Of a stretch of 27,561 nt of DNA, positions 17,555-27,561 are shown piece after piece. Below the pieces are notes generated by a model, which did no database searches, was not told where the DNA came from, and saw nothing but the letters and a program-made list of their open reading frames with translations. The DNA is from Methanotrichaceae archaeon. GTDB lineage: Archaea > Halobacteriota > Methanosarcinia > Methanotrichales > Methanotrichaceae. The position numbers and the translations under genes are program-made. The stretch spans positions 1 to 27,561 of the forward strand of contig CAWDLW010000005.1 of NCBI GenBank assembly GCA_963803145.1. The letters are read 5' to 3'. Each line of letters begins with the position of its first letter. Position 1 is the stretch's first letter.

Positions 17555-19054
17555 TTACAGGAACTTGATCCCTTTGGGCATCTCCCCAAAGCTCTTCCTG
17601 AATGCCTCAGGCCAGTTCTCAGGATTCAGACCATTCTGGCTCAGGAATGCGGCTGCCCATCTTTCAAGCCCAACGCCGCTGCACCCCGACCACAGGGGAT
17701 CGCCTGATTGTGACTTCACAGTAAATCCTTTTGGATACTTCTCGCCGTTGACTGAGAGGTTCTGAAATTCTATCCAGTTCCCATTGTATGGCAGCAATGC
17801 CTCATAGTCCACTGTGCCAGCGCCTGCCATCTCAGCGAGACCAGTTTTTCCTTCCTGGGCCATGAACCATGGAGTGACCCAGGCCATGCGCCAGTGCAGC
17901 TCAAGGATATCTTCGAAGATGTGTTTATAGCATTCCTTCAGCTTTTCAGCTTCTTCTAAAGTCTGCTCACGCGTTCCAAGCCAGACGATCTCTATCCTGT
18001 GGAATTCATCAACTCGTTCAATGCCGTGTATTCCGCCGGATTCATATCTATGGCTTGTTCCCGATCTATCGAAAACCTTTATCGGCAGCTCATCGTTCGG
18101 CACTGTCGCCCCTTGCACAAATCCCCAGAAGGTAGGACATTGGGCATAGCACATTCCACCAATTGGAACGTCTATCTTCTCTTTGACAAGCTCCAGTGGT
18201 ACCTCGTGCGTGACCTTGTAGTAATCCATGACCTCTTCCCAGAAGGCTGGATCACGTGTCTTGGGAGGGCAGACAAAGTAAATCTCTGGATAGACTCCCT
18301 GTGCATGTCCCGATTTCTTCCAGACATCCCATGTATCCAGCTTAGGGAAGATCATTTCACGGTAACCTAAAGGCCGGATAATCTCGTCCAACACGATTTG
18401 CTCAAATGTGCGGAAAAGGTGTGTCGCCTCCGGCCCATAGATCCACTGGCCGCGGCTTGCTCCATGCTTGATCCAGCCTGCCTTCATCATCTCATCGGTC
18501 GGATCGCGATTGAACTTAGGTTCTCTTGCCGGGCTCTCCCACAGAAGCTCCCAATGCTCAGCCTTTCCGCCATATGATTGGAGCTTCTCTTCAAGAAGGC
18601 TCACGATCCTATCGGGTATACGGTTCTCTATCTCAGACTGGCCCAGGCTTCCGCCAGGTCCTACATCGAGTTCGAGCAAAAGTTGGCCATTCTCGTGTTT
18701 TATCTCGCGGACATAGGGTATCTTGTGAGTAATTGGCCGCTCAGATTCAACCTCTATCTCGAACTTGCTTACATCTATGCCGCGTACACCGATATGATAT
18801 TGCTTGCCCAAAAGTTCGGCCAAGGGCTTTCTAAGCCTCAACAGGGCGTCATGAGCGCGCACATATCTATCACTCTCTATTACCAGGTCTATCCTGTTTC
18901 CAGCGAGTTTCCACTGAATTATCTTGGCGCCATGCCCTTCAGGCGCGCCCTTTTGCAGTATCTTATCTGCACCGGCAAAAAAATCAGCGATCACATCTTC
19001 GGCCTTGGCTGCATCTGTACTTAGCCGGAAGCTAGCCTCTAAATGGAATTTCAT
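17555..19054 (-). CDS. serS: Seryl-tRNA synthetase, methanogen type (type 2)
   Basis: [11 protein letters not shown]-terminal domain, [39 protein letters not shown] (Zn-ligating Cys/Glu). Confidence 0.96.
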   Translation of the reverse strand: MKFHLEASFRLSTDAAKAEDVIADFFAGADKILQKGAPEGHGAKIIQWKLAGNRIDLVIESDRYVRAHDALLRLRKPLAELLGKQYHIGVRGIDVSKFEIEVESERPITHKIPYVREIKHENGQLLLELDVGPGGSLGQSEIENRIPDRIVSLLEEKLQSYGGKAEHWELLWESPAREPKFNRDPTDEMMKAGWIKHGASRGQWIYGPEATHLFRTFEQIVLDEIIRPLGYREMIFPKLDTWDVWKKSGHAQGVYPEIYFVCPPKTRDPAFWEEVMDYYKVTHEVPLELVKEKIDVPIGGMCYAQCPTFWGFVQGATVPNDELPIKVFDRSGTSHRYESGGIHGIERVDEFHRIEIVWLGTREQTLEEAEKLKECYKHIFEDILELHWRMAWVTPWFMAQEGKTGLAEMAGAGTVDYEALLPYNGNWIEFQNLSVNGEKYPKGFTVKSQSGDPLWSGCSGVGLERWAAAFLSQNGLNPENWPEAFRKSFGEMPKGIKFL

Positions 19055-19272
19055 CTATCCTCCACAGAGACCAATGTCTCTTCAGCCACCTTCATATTCA
19101 TCAGCAAATCATCAATCGTAGATAGAAGCGTGCCTATTCTTTCCACAGTGAACTCAAGGCATAAGCAGCTTTCTTCCATCCTTAGACTCATGTTGGGCAG
19201 GTTATCTGGCTCAATAGCTTTTGCCAATTCTTCAGCGTTTGGGCCACAAAGGACCATTTTGGACTTTATCAT
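19051..19272 (-). CDS. pcc1: KEOPS complex subunit Pcc1
   Basis: AIEPDN and [17 protein letters not shown]; conserved rps15-DHH-pcc1 context. Confidence 0.9.
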   Translation of the reverse strand: MIKSKMVLCGPNAEELAKAIEPDNLPNMSLRMEESCLCLEFTVERIGTLLSTIDDLLMNMKVAEETLVSVEDR

Positions 19273-20570
19273 GTTCCCTCGCCATTCGTATGTCGGAGCT
19301 GCTGACCAATAATATCGTCCACAACTGCTACGAATTTATCCTCAGTGCCTGGAGGTATTGACGCCCCACTGGCGATGGTATGTCCTCCCCCTACGCCGCC
19401 AACTGCTTCTGCTCCCTTTCGTAGTGCAAGCGAAAGATCGAGGCCTTGGCTTACAAGAAGTTTATTTCCTCGTGCTGATATCTTGACTATATCGCCCTTG
19501 TGGTTCAGTGTTAAAAGCGGTCTGTCAGTGAAAAGATATCTAATCCCAAGGCCCGCTACGACAGATCCAGCTTCCATATCCTTTCCCATTAGATATCGGA
19601 TATTTTTTAATTCCTTATGCTGCTCTTTGAGAAGACTTATCTCTCGGAGAATATGCCCTTTGTACTCCGATGCGAGCATTCTGGCTTCGCCCAGGGCAGT
19701 AATATTACGCAGACACAGCGTTAATCCGAGACCTGGCATATCTCTATTTCCGCAGGCATTCAGTAGCTGTACGAGCTCCAGAGAGTTCTCCACGACCTCT
19801 TTTTTAAGGCGGATTACCTCTCCAATTATCGAGTCTGCTGCAAAGCTGCCCTGCATCAGGAGCTTTAGAGTTAAGGCCGTTGCAAGCCTTGAAAGATCGT
19901 TTTCGCCTAAATTCTGAATATCGCCCTTTATTTTGAGACTGTCGAGAAAATCCTTAGTTTTAGCTCTGTCTCCAGTGAAATCGAGCACCGGTTCGATAGA
20001 ACGCTCGAAGACCTCAACGACAGGGCCATCCTCTGACATCTTCAGTCCTGCTCTAACCTCAACAGTGCCGGAAGCAACTGCCTCTTCAAGAATTGTACGG
20101 TTGGCTCCTATCATCGCCTGCCTATCTCCCATTGCCCCAACTAGGGCGAGGCTGGCCAAATCCGCGTTATCTCCCATCTTGCGTACAACTGAATACACAA
20201 TGCCTGCCGCACTGATCTCGAAGGCACCATCTATGCCGAAAGGGTGTGGATTCAGATGCTTACAGCTCAAAGTCCCCACAGGCATATGATGATCGAGCAC
20301 AAAGCATTCGCCTTTAACACGGGAGATGAGCTCAGGTTTTCCACTGCCCATATCGCAGAAGACGACCGGCCCTTCGAGCGAGTCCACAATAGTCTCGTCG
20401 AGGCGGTTTATGAGCGTGGCGTGAAAAGGTATGCTCGCCCGAGTAAGGGCGTTGCAAATCAGCCCTGCGGAAGTTATCCCATCAGCATCGTTATGCGAGA
20501 TCACCCGCATGCTGTCACACCGCAAAATTGATTTTGCGATGTCTTCCGCAGCCTTCTCGAGCCTCTTCAT
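19269..20570 (-). CDS. DHH/DHHA1 phosphoesterase (RecJ/GAN/Cdc45-like)
   Basis: SHNDADG, FCDMG, LDHH, GDRQ, ISARG, GGGHTIASGA. Confidence 0.93.
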   Translation of the reverse strand: MKRLEKAAEDIAKSILRCDSMRVISHNDADGITSAGLICNALTRASIPFHATLINRLDETIVDSLEGPVVFCDMGSGKPELISRVKGECFVLDHHMPVGTLSCKHLNPHPFGIDGAFEISAAGIVYSVVRKMGDNADLASLALVGAMGDRQAMIGANRTILEEAVASGTVEVRAGLKMSEDGPVVEVFERSIEPVLDFTGDRAKTKDFLDSLKIKGDIQNLGENDLSRLATALTLKLLMQGSFAADSIIGEVIRLKKEVVENSLELVQLLNACGNRDMPGLGLTLCLRNITALGEARMLASEYKGHILREISLLKEQHKELKNIRYLMGKDMEAGSVVAGLGIRYLFTDRPLLTLNHKGDIVKISARGNKLLVSQGLDLSLALRKGAEAVGGVGGGHTIASGASIPPGTEDKFVAVVDDIIGQQLRHTNGEGT

Positions 20571-21022
20571 GTGACGATTATCTCAGCACCTTCAGGCGTG
20601 TACTCCCAGCTTAATGCTAGCCTTCCTGTATCGTGGTAATACCTAACAAGCCTTCTGATCTTGCTTTCTATCAGCTGGAGCGACCTCTTGTTATGTACAT
20701 CCTTATCATTTCCCTTGAGGTGCTTTCTTATGTGCAGCGCCCTTCTCATCAAATTGATCAGATCCTCGGGCACCTCTGGCAGGGCTCCCTGCTCCTTTAG
20801 GTAGCGATTTAGATTCTTGCCGAGAACCAACTTAACGCTTGGCACTCCGTATTGGTCACGTAGGGTAAGTCCTATCCTGCTGGATGTGATGCCGGTGTCA
20901 TGGAGCTTCAGTATAACCTTTTCCAGCTCATCCTTTGAGATATCGCACCACTCGGGTGCTTTGCTTACTGATGGGGGTCTAGATCTGGATGACCCCTTTT
21001 TTCTGCTATGCATTCTAGCCAT
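20567..21022 (-). CDS. rps15: 30S ribosomal protein S15 (archaeal uS15)
   Basis: MARMHSRKKGSSRS, LRDQYGVP, PEDL, ESKIRRLVRYY. Confidence 0.98.
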   Translation of the reverse strand: MARMHSRKKGSSRSRPPSVSKAPEWCDISKDELEKVILKLHDTGITSSRIGLTLRDQYGVPSVKLVLGKNLNRYLKEQGALPEVPEDLINLMRRALHIRKHLKGNDKDVHNKRSLQLIESKIRRLVRYYHDTGRLALSWEYTPEGAEIIVT

Positions 21023-21133
21023 TTTTAATCCTCATTAAATCATAAGTGCGAAGGCATAAACTTCACCGCAACAAGGGATAAAAACCTTCCGCCGCGGGTA
21101 ACGGTTATAAACTGCGAGCCGAAAGTTCGGGGT

Positions 21134-21793
21134 ATGATCATCGAGTACATGGATCAGCTGTTCTATCTCGTAGGAAAGTTAACAGTAATACTGGCCGTAG
21201 TTATCATTGTTCTATCTCTGATCGGAGCACTGATGATCCTGTACTCCTTTAAGACCGGCCATTTTCTCGCGGCCAGGCTAATGCTCATAAGCATCAGCCT
21301 TCTTGAGAGCGCGATCAAGGCCATATTTTGGTTTGCGAGAGCTGATGATGCGATAGTTGATGACGTAGGCATCCGTCTGAGAAACTATATCAACCGCAAG
21401 AAGTTCCTTCGAGTACCTTACAATGAGCGGTTTATATTCATGCCGCAGTGTGTACGCAGCACAGAGTGCCCTGCCAAGCTGACCCCTGAGGGCATCAGAT
21501 GTGTAAGCTGTGGACGATGCAATATCGGCAAGGCGAAGGAGATTGCAGAAGGCCTTGGCTACAGGTTCTTCATTGTTCCTGGCTCCAGTTTCATAAAAAG
21601 AATCATCAAGAAATACAGGCCCGGCGCAATTATTGGTGTGGGCTGCCAGATGGAGATAAAGGAGGGGCTTGTTCTTTGCCATAGCCAAGATATACCTGCC
21701 ATAGGCGTGCCGTTATTGCAGGCAGGATGTGTTTCAACCACACTGGATTGGGATGAATTCTATGATATTATATCCGATAAGATCAGAGGCTAA
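21134..21793 (+). CDS. DUF116 family membrane-anchored Cys-rich protein
   Basis: N-terminal TM helices; PQCVRSTECPAKL, CVSCGRC, IVPGSSF, GVGC, GCVST. Confidence 0.88.
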   Translation: MIIEYMDQLFYLVGKLTVILAVVIIVLSLIGALMILYSFKTGHFLAARLMLISISLLESAIKAIFWFARADDAIVDDVGIRLRNYINRKKFLRVPYNERFIFMPQCVRSTECPAKLTPEGIRCVSCGRCNIGKAKEIAEGLGYRFFIVPGSSFIKRIIKKYRPGAIIGVGCQMEIKEGLVLCHSQDIPAIGVPLLQAGCVSTTLDWDEFYDIISDKIRG

Positions 21794-21822
21794 AAAACTT
21801 TAAAAAACAGTAATAGGTGCTT

Positions 21823-21999
21823 TTACTCTACGCTGATTGCCTCAGATGGACAATTCTCAACGCAAGTGCCGCACTCGGTGCACTTTTCTTTATCTATCGT
21901 TGGATTCTGGCTATCATCTAATGTGATTGCTTCCTCTGGGCAGTTCTCAGCGCATGTTCCACACTGAACACATTCCTCTGCATTAACTATTGCTGGCAT
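21823..21999 (-). CDS. 2[4Fe-4S] ferredoxin, 58 aa (not in ORF track)
   Basis: [25 protein letters not shown]...[20 protein letters not shown]; two CxxCxxCxxxCP motifs; GGAGG ribosome-binding site. Confidence 0.95.
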   Translation of the reverse strand: MPAIVNAEECVQCGTCAENCPEEAITLDDSQNPTIDKEKCTECGTCVENCPSEAISVE

Positions 22000-22074
22000 T
22001 ATTTAATCCTCCATTTGCCTTACGGGCAAATCCACCAGTAAGTATATCCAATATATACTTTTCGTTAGCTCTGG

Positions 22075-24345
22075 CTATATCAGATCGTTATAGCGCTTCC
22101 TATCCTTGAGTTCCTGTTTCTTCGCATTGTTCCAGCCGCTTACCGCCTGGAGGTAGCCTGTAATCCTGCTTATATGATCCACCTCAGAGGATTCGCAGTT
22201 GGGGCAATTATCCTTTAACCCTGGCGAAACTTTGGCGCAGTTCAAGCAGACTGTCATGTCCTTTGTGAATGTAAAGTATCCTATCTGGGTTGTCTTTGCC
22301 AGACGCATGCCGAAATCCATCAGGCCCTTGGGATCCGGTGTAGATTCGCCCATGAATATATGGAATATATTGCCGCCATCTACTATGGGGAAGAATACAT
22401 GCTCAAGCTTTGCCCTCTCAAATATGGAGATATCTGCACTTGGCGGTATATGGGTGCCATTGGAATAATACACCGGCAGGTCGCGTGTCTTTTGCAGGTT
22501 CGTCTTCACGGCTTCAAGATCGCCTTTCACTACCTGCTCTGCACAGTCCCTGAACTCCTCGTGGATCAAATCCGAGACGGCAAACCGCTGCGCAGTTGTT
22601 TCTGCGGGCGTTCTTGCAAGGGCTATTGTCATATTGTGGCGTTTGCCCAGCTCTTTCGCATAAAGCTCCATTTCAGTCATCGCACGCACGGCCAGCTTCC
22701 ACGCATCTTTTGATTCATGCATTTGCTTTCCTGTATGGAACTGCGCCATCTCGTTGACCCCGACGACGCCGATGGTATAGACCAGGCCATCTAAATCTAC
22801 AGCAGTCGCCCCCTTTTCGCCCGTAATGGGATCGCGCGGTGTCTGAGTCGCGAAGGGCATCCTATGGCTTTTTACTATCTGATTCATCCATTCTCTCTTG
22901 ACCTGGAAGATCTCCACAGATACATCCATAAGCTCTCTTAAATATTCGAATAGCAGGTCATCATCGCCTCTCGCCAGGTAGGCAGCGCGTGGGCAATTCA
23001 GGGAAACTACCTGCCAGGAGCCCATTGAGAAATGCATCCCATTTTTGAAGTATAACTTCTCATCGAATGACGGGTCTTTCTCATAAGTTGTAGCAAATTG
23101 ATACGCACAACACTGATAGCATGATATCCCTTTTCCCGCGCCTCTATAGGCAGGAAGCTGGTTATCGAAATATGGTGTGCCGTACTCTGCAGCCAGCTTA
23201 AAGGTTAATAGGTATAGATCCTGGTAGGTCGGAAGGTCAGGATGTGCTTTATTGAACCCCTCATCTTCATGCATGAAATCAGGCTCAATGCTTATCTCGG
23301 GCTTGGGGAAGTTGAAGGGCTTGCCCCAGTGGTCTCCTGTAAGCATGACCTCCATCAGAGCCTTGAAGGCCAAGCGCACTTCTCGCTCGAACTGGCCATA
23401 GGTTCGCTTTTCGGCCTGAACGCCATCCCAGACTTTACCGGAATAAACTGCAGGCGTGTCCCTCCAGAGCGTTGGCACTCCGGGTGTGAGCTGGACGGAA
23501 GAGAAGACCAGCTGGCCTCCGCGAGCGACCATCATCTGAGTCATCTCGTAGACGAACATCTGCATAAGCTGTTTAATCTCTTCATATTCCAAGTTCTTGA
23601 AGTAGGGTGCGATGAATGTGAGAAAGTTGTAGAACCCCTGGCCTCCTGCGAAGTTCGTCTGGGCGCTGCCCAGTGCCTTCACTGCATGAAGGATTGCAAC
23701 TTCGGCCTTTTTCGCTGGACCGGCAACACTTGCCTTTGTTCCAAGGCCATCGGGCATGAGCCCATAGTAGAAGAAGTACCTGAGATCCCAATCCTGGCAG
23801 AAGGGCCTCGTACCAAAATATTCGAGATCGTGGATATGCAAATCGCCAGCAAGGTGACGATCTGCAAGATATGGCGGCAACAGGAGTAGGTACTGCTCTT
23901 TGCTGATCTTATCGGCCTTCTTTTTGTGGCTTGTCTCAGCATTTTCCTGCAAATTGGCGTTCTCTCTGGCTTCAAAGCCTGTGCCTATATCTATCAGGTG
24001 GGCATCAAAGACTGGTGTCCCAACACGAGTACAGATGTTTCTCCATTCAGTGTGGCGCCGCTCCAGCAGGACAACGTTCATAATCTCCCTGACGAGGGGA
24101 CCGCTCAGGTACTTCACATTCATCCATCTGATTCTGCGCTCTACTTCGCGGGCGATATCCCTTGCCTCATCTTCGGTTATGCTGGGGACTTTATAGAATT
24201 GTTCTGATAGTTTAGTTTCCTTCAAGAGCTGCTTCGCTATCGCATCTTTATCCCAATCGAGAAGATGTCCATCTGTAGTCCTAACCCTCGGCATTGTTGA
24301 AACGGACAGCCCTTCCAGTGTCTGCTGAACTATCCGGTTGCTCAA
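22075..24345 (-). CDS. nrdD: Class III anaerobic ribonucleoside-triphosphate reductase
   Basis: ATP-cone-like N-terminus, HIHDLEY, FAGGQG, YQCCA active-site loop, TPAETTAQRFA, CLNC/CPNC Zn site, SRITGYL glycyl-radical motif. Confidence 0.97.
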   Translation of the reverse strand: MSNRIVQQTLEGLSVSTMPRVRTTDGHLLDWDKDAIAKQLLKETKLSEQFYKVPSITEDEARDIAREVERRIRWMNVKYLSGPLVREIMNVVLLERRHTEWRNICTRVGTPVFDAHLIDIGTGFEARENANLQENAETSHKKKADKISKEQYLLLLPPYLADRHLAGDLHIHDLEYFGTRPFCQDWDLRYFFYYGLMPDGLGTKASVAGPAKKAEVAILHAVKALGSAQTNFAGGQGFYNFLTFIAPYFKNLEYEEIKQLMQMFVYEMTQMMVARGGQLVFSSVQLTPGVPTLWRDTPAVYSGKVWDGVQAEKRTYGQFEREVRLAFKALMEVMLTGDHWGKPFNFPKPEISIEPDFMHEDEGFNKAHPDLPTYQDLYLLTFKLAAEYGTPYFDNQLPAYRGAGKGISCYQCCAYQFATTYEKDPSFDEKLYFKNGMHFSMGSWQVVSLNCPRAAYLARGDDDLLFEYLRELMDVSVEIFQVKREWMNQIVKSHRMPFATQTPRDPITGEKGATAVDLDGLVYTIGVVGVNEMAQFHTGKQMHESKDAWKLAVRAMTEMELYAKELGKRHNMTIALARTPAETTAQRFAVSDLIHEEFRDCAEQVVKGDLEAVKTNLQKTRDLPVYYSNGTHIPPSADISIFERAKLEHVFFPIVDGGNIFHIFMGESTPDPKGLMDFGMRLAKTTQIGYFTFTKDMTVCLNCAKVSPGLKDNCPNCESSEVDHISRITGYLQAVSGWNNAKKQELKDRKRYNDLI

Positions 24346-24819
24346 AGCGAATCCCCTCTAAAGCACAGAATCATCACGGCACCTCTCAATACTCAATCAA
24401 TCGTAGCAGTATATCATCCTCTATTTATCGACTTTGCGCTCATGCACGTGTTAAATTTTTTAGTAAGTATCTCTCCTCATGGTAATAAAGTAAACGCCTG
24501 TATATTCTAACCTCGGAGTTATTAAACCAAGGCTATGTGGGACGAAAGTAATGCATGCGCTATTAAATGGATCTAAATGGATCTATATTGGGATTATTCA
24601 CATCCACACTTTTGTTGCGCGATCTTATGCAGGCTAAAAATACACTAGCGTTTGAGGAGTATACGCTCGATTATTCTTCGGCAATAGCACAGTCGCTTAT
24701 GGGGATATCTTTATCCTCTTCATCAGAGCCCATACAGCCAGCATCAAGCTGAGAGTATCCTTTAAATAAATATTAAAAATTGAGATCAAGTATACGCTTA
24801 AAGTCTAATTGATTAAGGT

Positions 24820-25434
24820 CTACTTCACTATCGCCTCAAGCCTCTTATCTACCTCATCCCAATTCACTATATTCCAGAAGGCTTCAACGAACTTGGGTCT
24901 CTCATTCTTGTAATCCAGGTAGTAGGCGTGCTCCCATACGTCGAGAACCATCATGATTTTGAAGTTAGGGTATACGTTCACGTTGTGCTTCTCGATCTGC
25001 ATTAATAGTGGTCTGTTTGTCTGCGTGGAGTAGGCAAGAGCTCCCCAACCAGAGCCTTCTACGCTGCTGGCTGCTGCAGAGAACTCCTTCTTAAAGCGCT
25101 CGAATGTGCCGAACTCTTTCTTCAGCAGATCGGCTATCGCTCCGCCCGGTTCCTTCGATGCCTTATCCGCGGGCATCATGTTCTTCCAGAACAGGCCATG
25201 GAGCTTATGGCCGCCTATGTTGAAGGAAAGCTCCTTCAGCGTGGCCTTCATATCCAGATCGGTGCCGTCCTGATGAGCCTTATCCAGCTTCTCAAGTATT
25301 GTGTTCGCGCCCTTGACATAGGCCGCATGGTGCTTGTCGTGATGGATCTTCAGCTGCGTCTCAGATGTATACGGCTCAAGGGCATTATATGCATAGGGCA
25401 AATCCGGAAGTACGTAAAATTTCTTATCAGCCAA
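24820..25434 (-). CDS. sod: Fe/Mn superoxide dismutase
   Basis: [47 protein letters not shown] 25434 follows GAGGTGA (track start 25479). Confidence 0.96.
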   Translation of the reverse strand: MADKKFYVLPDLPYAYNALEPYTSETQLKIHHDKHHAAYVKGANTILEKLDKAHQDGTDLDMKATLKELSFNIGGHKLHGLFWKNMMPADKASKEPGGAIADLLKKEFGTFERFKKEFSAAASSVEGSGWGALAYSTQTNRPLLMQIEKHNVNVYPNFKIMMVLDVWEHAYYLDYKNERPKFVEAFWNIVNWDEVDKRLEAIVK

Positions 25435-25537
25435 ATACTTCACCTCTGGTAAAAACTGGATTACTGTTATCAATTGCATTCTATTTAGCTTTTCTTATGT
25501 ATGTGAGAAATAATGATGACTTGACGACTATGGCCTG

Positions 25538-26225
25538 TTATACCGCCGTAATCTGAAGCATTTCGTTTGCACCTTTTTAAATTCAAAAGGTATTTTTATT
25601 TTTTTGGCCTTATAACCCTCTTTCCTCAATTTATCTAAAACCGATTCGAGGTATCTTGACGGCTTCCTAATTCCTACTTCCATTAAAGGATATATTCTCA
25701 CTTCTGGTGAAACTCGGCAAAGCTCCATTATCGATTGGAGGTGAAACTCCCCAGATAGCTGCTGGCTGTAGACAAAAAGCAGATTTCCAACCAGAGCAAT
25801 ATCGAATTCATCATCCTTGAATGGTAGTGTAGGCAAACTTCCGTGTATATAGCGGCCTTCCCTCAGACCATCATTGTAGTCGTATAAGAATTCCTTCATC
25901 GCATTTATGTGAACCTGACAATATTCATCGGCGGAGTTATTATACTGGCCCATAGAAAAGTCTCCAATATTCTCTTTGAGCTGGCCAATGAGCATATTAT
26001 ATGCTTCATTTATTTGGCTTGTTATCTCATCAGAGCTGAGGCAATAAATGGGATCGACTGAGATTATGCGGCCGCCATGCATTGTAAGACTTGCATTAAA
26101 GCTTGCTGGGCCACTGGCACAATCCAGGAATCGCTTTTCAAGGTCTTCCCCCGATAAACCAAACATTTCCACATATTCGTCAAAGGGTCGGCCCCAATAA
26201 TTATCTTATTCAAGGTAACTGGCAT
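25538..26225 (-). pseudogene. SAM-dependent methyltransferase, frameshifted
   Basis: LDCASGPASF, SVDPIY, LPFKDDEFD, EVRIYPL. The expected N-terminus (ATG 26225, MPVTLNKII-WGRPFDEYVEMF) needs +1 nt near 26196. The expected C-terminus (KGANEMLQITAV*) needs +1 nt near 25578. Confidence 0.75.
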
Positions 26226-26484
26226 TAATTATCCATCCCCGATTCAGGCACAGCTAAAAAAGCTTCTACGGTATTTATCTTTTTCCATCAGGATTGGTTT
26301 CTCAGCAGTGTCTTTTAGTGATCTTATCCCTTCAGAGATCTTCAGTTATTTTCAATCACAGTTAAATTGCTTCGGAATGCTGTTGCTTTGCATCCTCAGT
26401 CGGTTCTGTGATGATTTTCCTTACTCCCCATATGACCGCAAATAGCTTAAGCTTCACCGCAGTCCTATTTTTCGAGGCGGTATC

Positions 26485-26667
26485 ATGGGTTTATCAGATC
26501 GCTGCCCCTCATGTGGCGCAGTATTAATGTTAGGTTCAAGGTTTTGCCTCCAATGCGGCAAATCACTAATATCATCAACAAAGTGCCCCGATTGCGGCAC
26601 AGAAAATGAAACTTCTGCGAGTTTGTGCTCTAAATGCGGTCGTAATCTAAAGTCATCCAATCTCTAG
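26485..26667 (+). CDS. Double zinc-ribbon small protein
   Basis: Four CxxC pairs: CPSCG, FCLQCG, CPDCG, LCSKCG. Confidence 0.8.
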   Translation: MGLSDRCPSCGAVLMLGSRFCLQCGKSLISSTKCPDCGTENETSASLCSKCGRNLKSSNL

Positions 26668-26966
26668 TCTTCCTGCTGGTATCCTTCCAGCAGCACCGCT
26701 TTAATCTCCGCTCCAGCTTCACGTAGCGGCGCAATTGCCTGATATTCGGGAGACGAGAGCCACTCTCTGATATGTGCCTCAGATGGAAACTCCAGGACAA
26801 TCATCCTTTCAGGACCCATTCGCCTCCTAATAGTGCTGTAATTTTGCCGCCTCGCACAAAGATATCGTCCACTATATTTCGCCACAATGCTCGGCACCTT
26901 GGAGATGTATTGGCCGTACTTCTCAGGGTCTTTGACCTTGGACTCGATGATCATGTAGACAGTCAC
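26664..26966 (-). CDS. DUF1330 family protein containing a compensated frameshift pair
   Basis: DPEKYGQY...KYSGRYL and RMIVLEFPS...WLSSPEYQ. The expected VRGGKITALLGGEW segment lies in another frame at about 26815-26858. Confidence 0.8.
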   Translation of the reverse strand: MTVYMIIESKVKDPEKYGQYISKVPSIVAKYSGRYLCARRQNYSTIRRRMGPERMIVLEFPSEAHIREWLSSPEYQAIAPLREAGAEIKAVLLEGYQQED

Positions 26967-27126
26967 GTTTCATTTTCCCCTTTCTCCTTTAGAATCCAAG
27001 TAGATAACTTTTTTTCCGCATAATCATTCAGCGTTATCAATTGATCGTCTGCCAAAGCGCCAGTGTTGGATAAATAGGTTCATTTATTCAATGAACGAGA
27101 TGCTATTAAGATACGAGGAAGGAGTT

Positions 27127-27561
27127 ATGGATTACAGGCTTATGCCAGTCTCAGTCGAAAATGGAAAAGCGATAATCGATATCTACAACCACTATGTGAA
27201 GAACAGCTTCGCTGCATATCCTGAAAACGAGGTTCCTTACGAGCTTTTCCCGCTCTTTTTGGAGATGGCCAAGGGATATCCCTTCCTGGTGGCCAGAGAT
27301 GGCTCCGGGAAAGTCTTAGGTTTTGGATTTCTCCATCCGCATGATCATATGTCAGTTTTCTCGCAGGTAGCAGAGATAATCTATTCATCGCTCCAGTATT
27401 GGTCAGGGAATTGGCGGCCGGATTTTGGATTGTTTCATGGACTGGGCCAGGGAAAAAGGCATTACGTCATTCTGGCGAGCATCTCCTCCCTAAACTCAGG
27501 CAGCTTGGCATTCCACAAGAGGAATGGATTTGTGGAGTGCGGCGCTTTGTAGGGATCGGGA
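27127..27561 (+). pseudogene. GNAT (phosphinothricin-type) N-acetyltransferase, frameshifted and running off the window
   Basis: IIDIYNHYV.NSFAAY, LGFGFL, ILASISSLNSGSLAFHKRNGFVECG. The acetyl-CoA motif GQGIGGRIL and the terminal RFVGIG are out of frame. Confidence 0.75.

Noticed and set aside
11019-24345. Inteins or introns in rtcB or nrdD
   Set aside because: Both are normal length with contiguous motifs.
1773-24520. ACCTCGGAGTT shared at about 1773 and 24510 as att sites
   Set aside because: An 11-bp match is expected by chance in 27 kb, the interval holds core genes, and there is no integrase.
24567-24752. Short ORFs in intergenic gaps (this one, also 3598..3840 and 10782..11009)
   Set aside because: AT-rich, with no ribosome-binding site or family signal; probably promoter-region noise.
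1060-27388. Numerous antisense or alternate-frame ORFs in the track (e.g. 1175..1528, 1984..2547, 6160..6639, 19345..19917, 23242..23889)
   Set aside because: They are shadows of well-supported genes and carry no motifs of their own.

Overview
Archaeal chromosomal window, most likely from a methanogen (methanogen-type SerRS, archaeal uS15/Pcc1/archease, GGAGG/GGTGA ribosome-binding sites); Methanotrichales/Methanothrix-like is an inference. Intact housekeeping blocks: U32/DUF3656 (RlhA-like, truncated at window start), Mo-dependent oxidoreductase, bactofilin-like membrane protein, DUF166, trmJ, radical SAM-archease-rtcB, rps15-DHH-pcc1-serS, DUF116, nrdD-ferredoxin and sod. These are interleaved with accessory patches of secreted or repeat proteins. 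Most notable: (i) a secreted clan-CD (legumain/C13-like) peptidase preceded by a gene encoding a stand-alone copy of its own N-terminal module; (ii) a secreted alphaRep-like HEAT-repeat pseudogene interrupted by a ~200-bp MITE-like insertion with a 9-10 bp target duplication, whose hidden C-terminal tail is shared with the TPR proteins in the window; (iii) two small genes missed by the ORF track (ferredoxin, 39-aa basic peptide); (iv) frameshifts clustered only in accessory genes, which may be real decay or long-read error. No rRNA, tRNA, CRISPR array, transposase or integrase was seen, and I cannot claim a proven new system.
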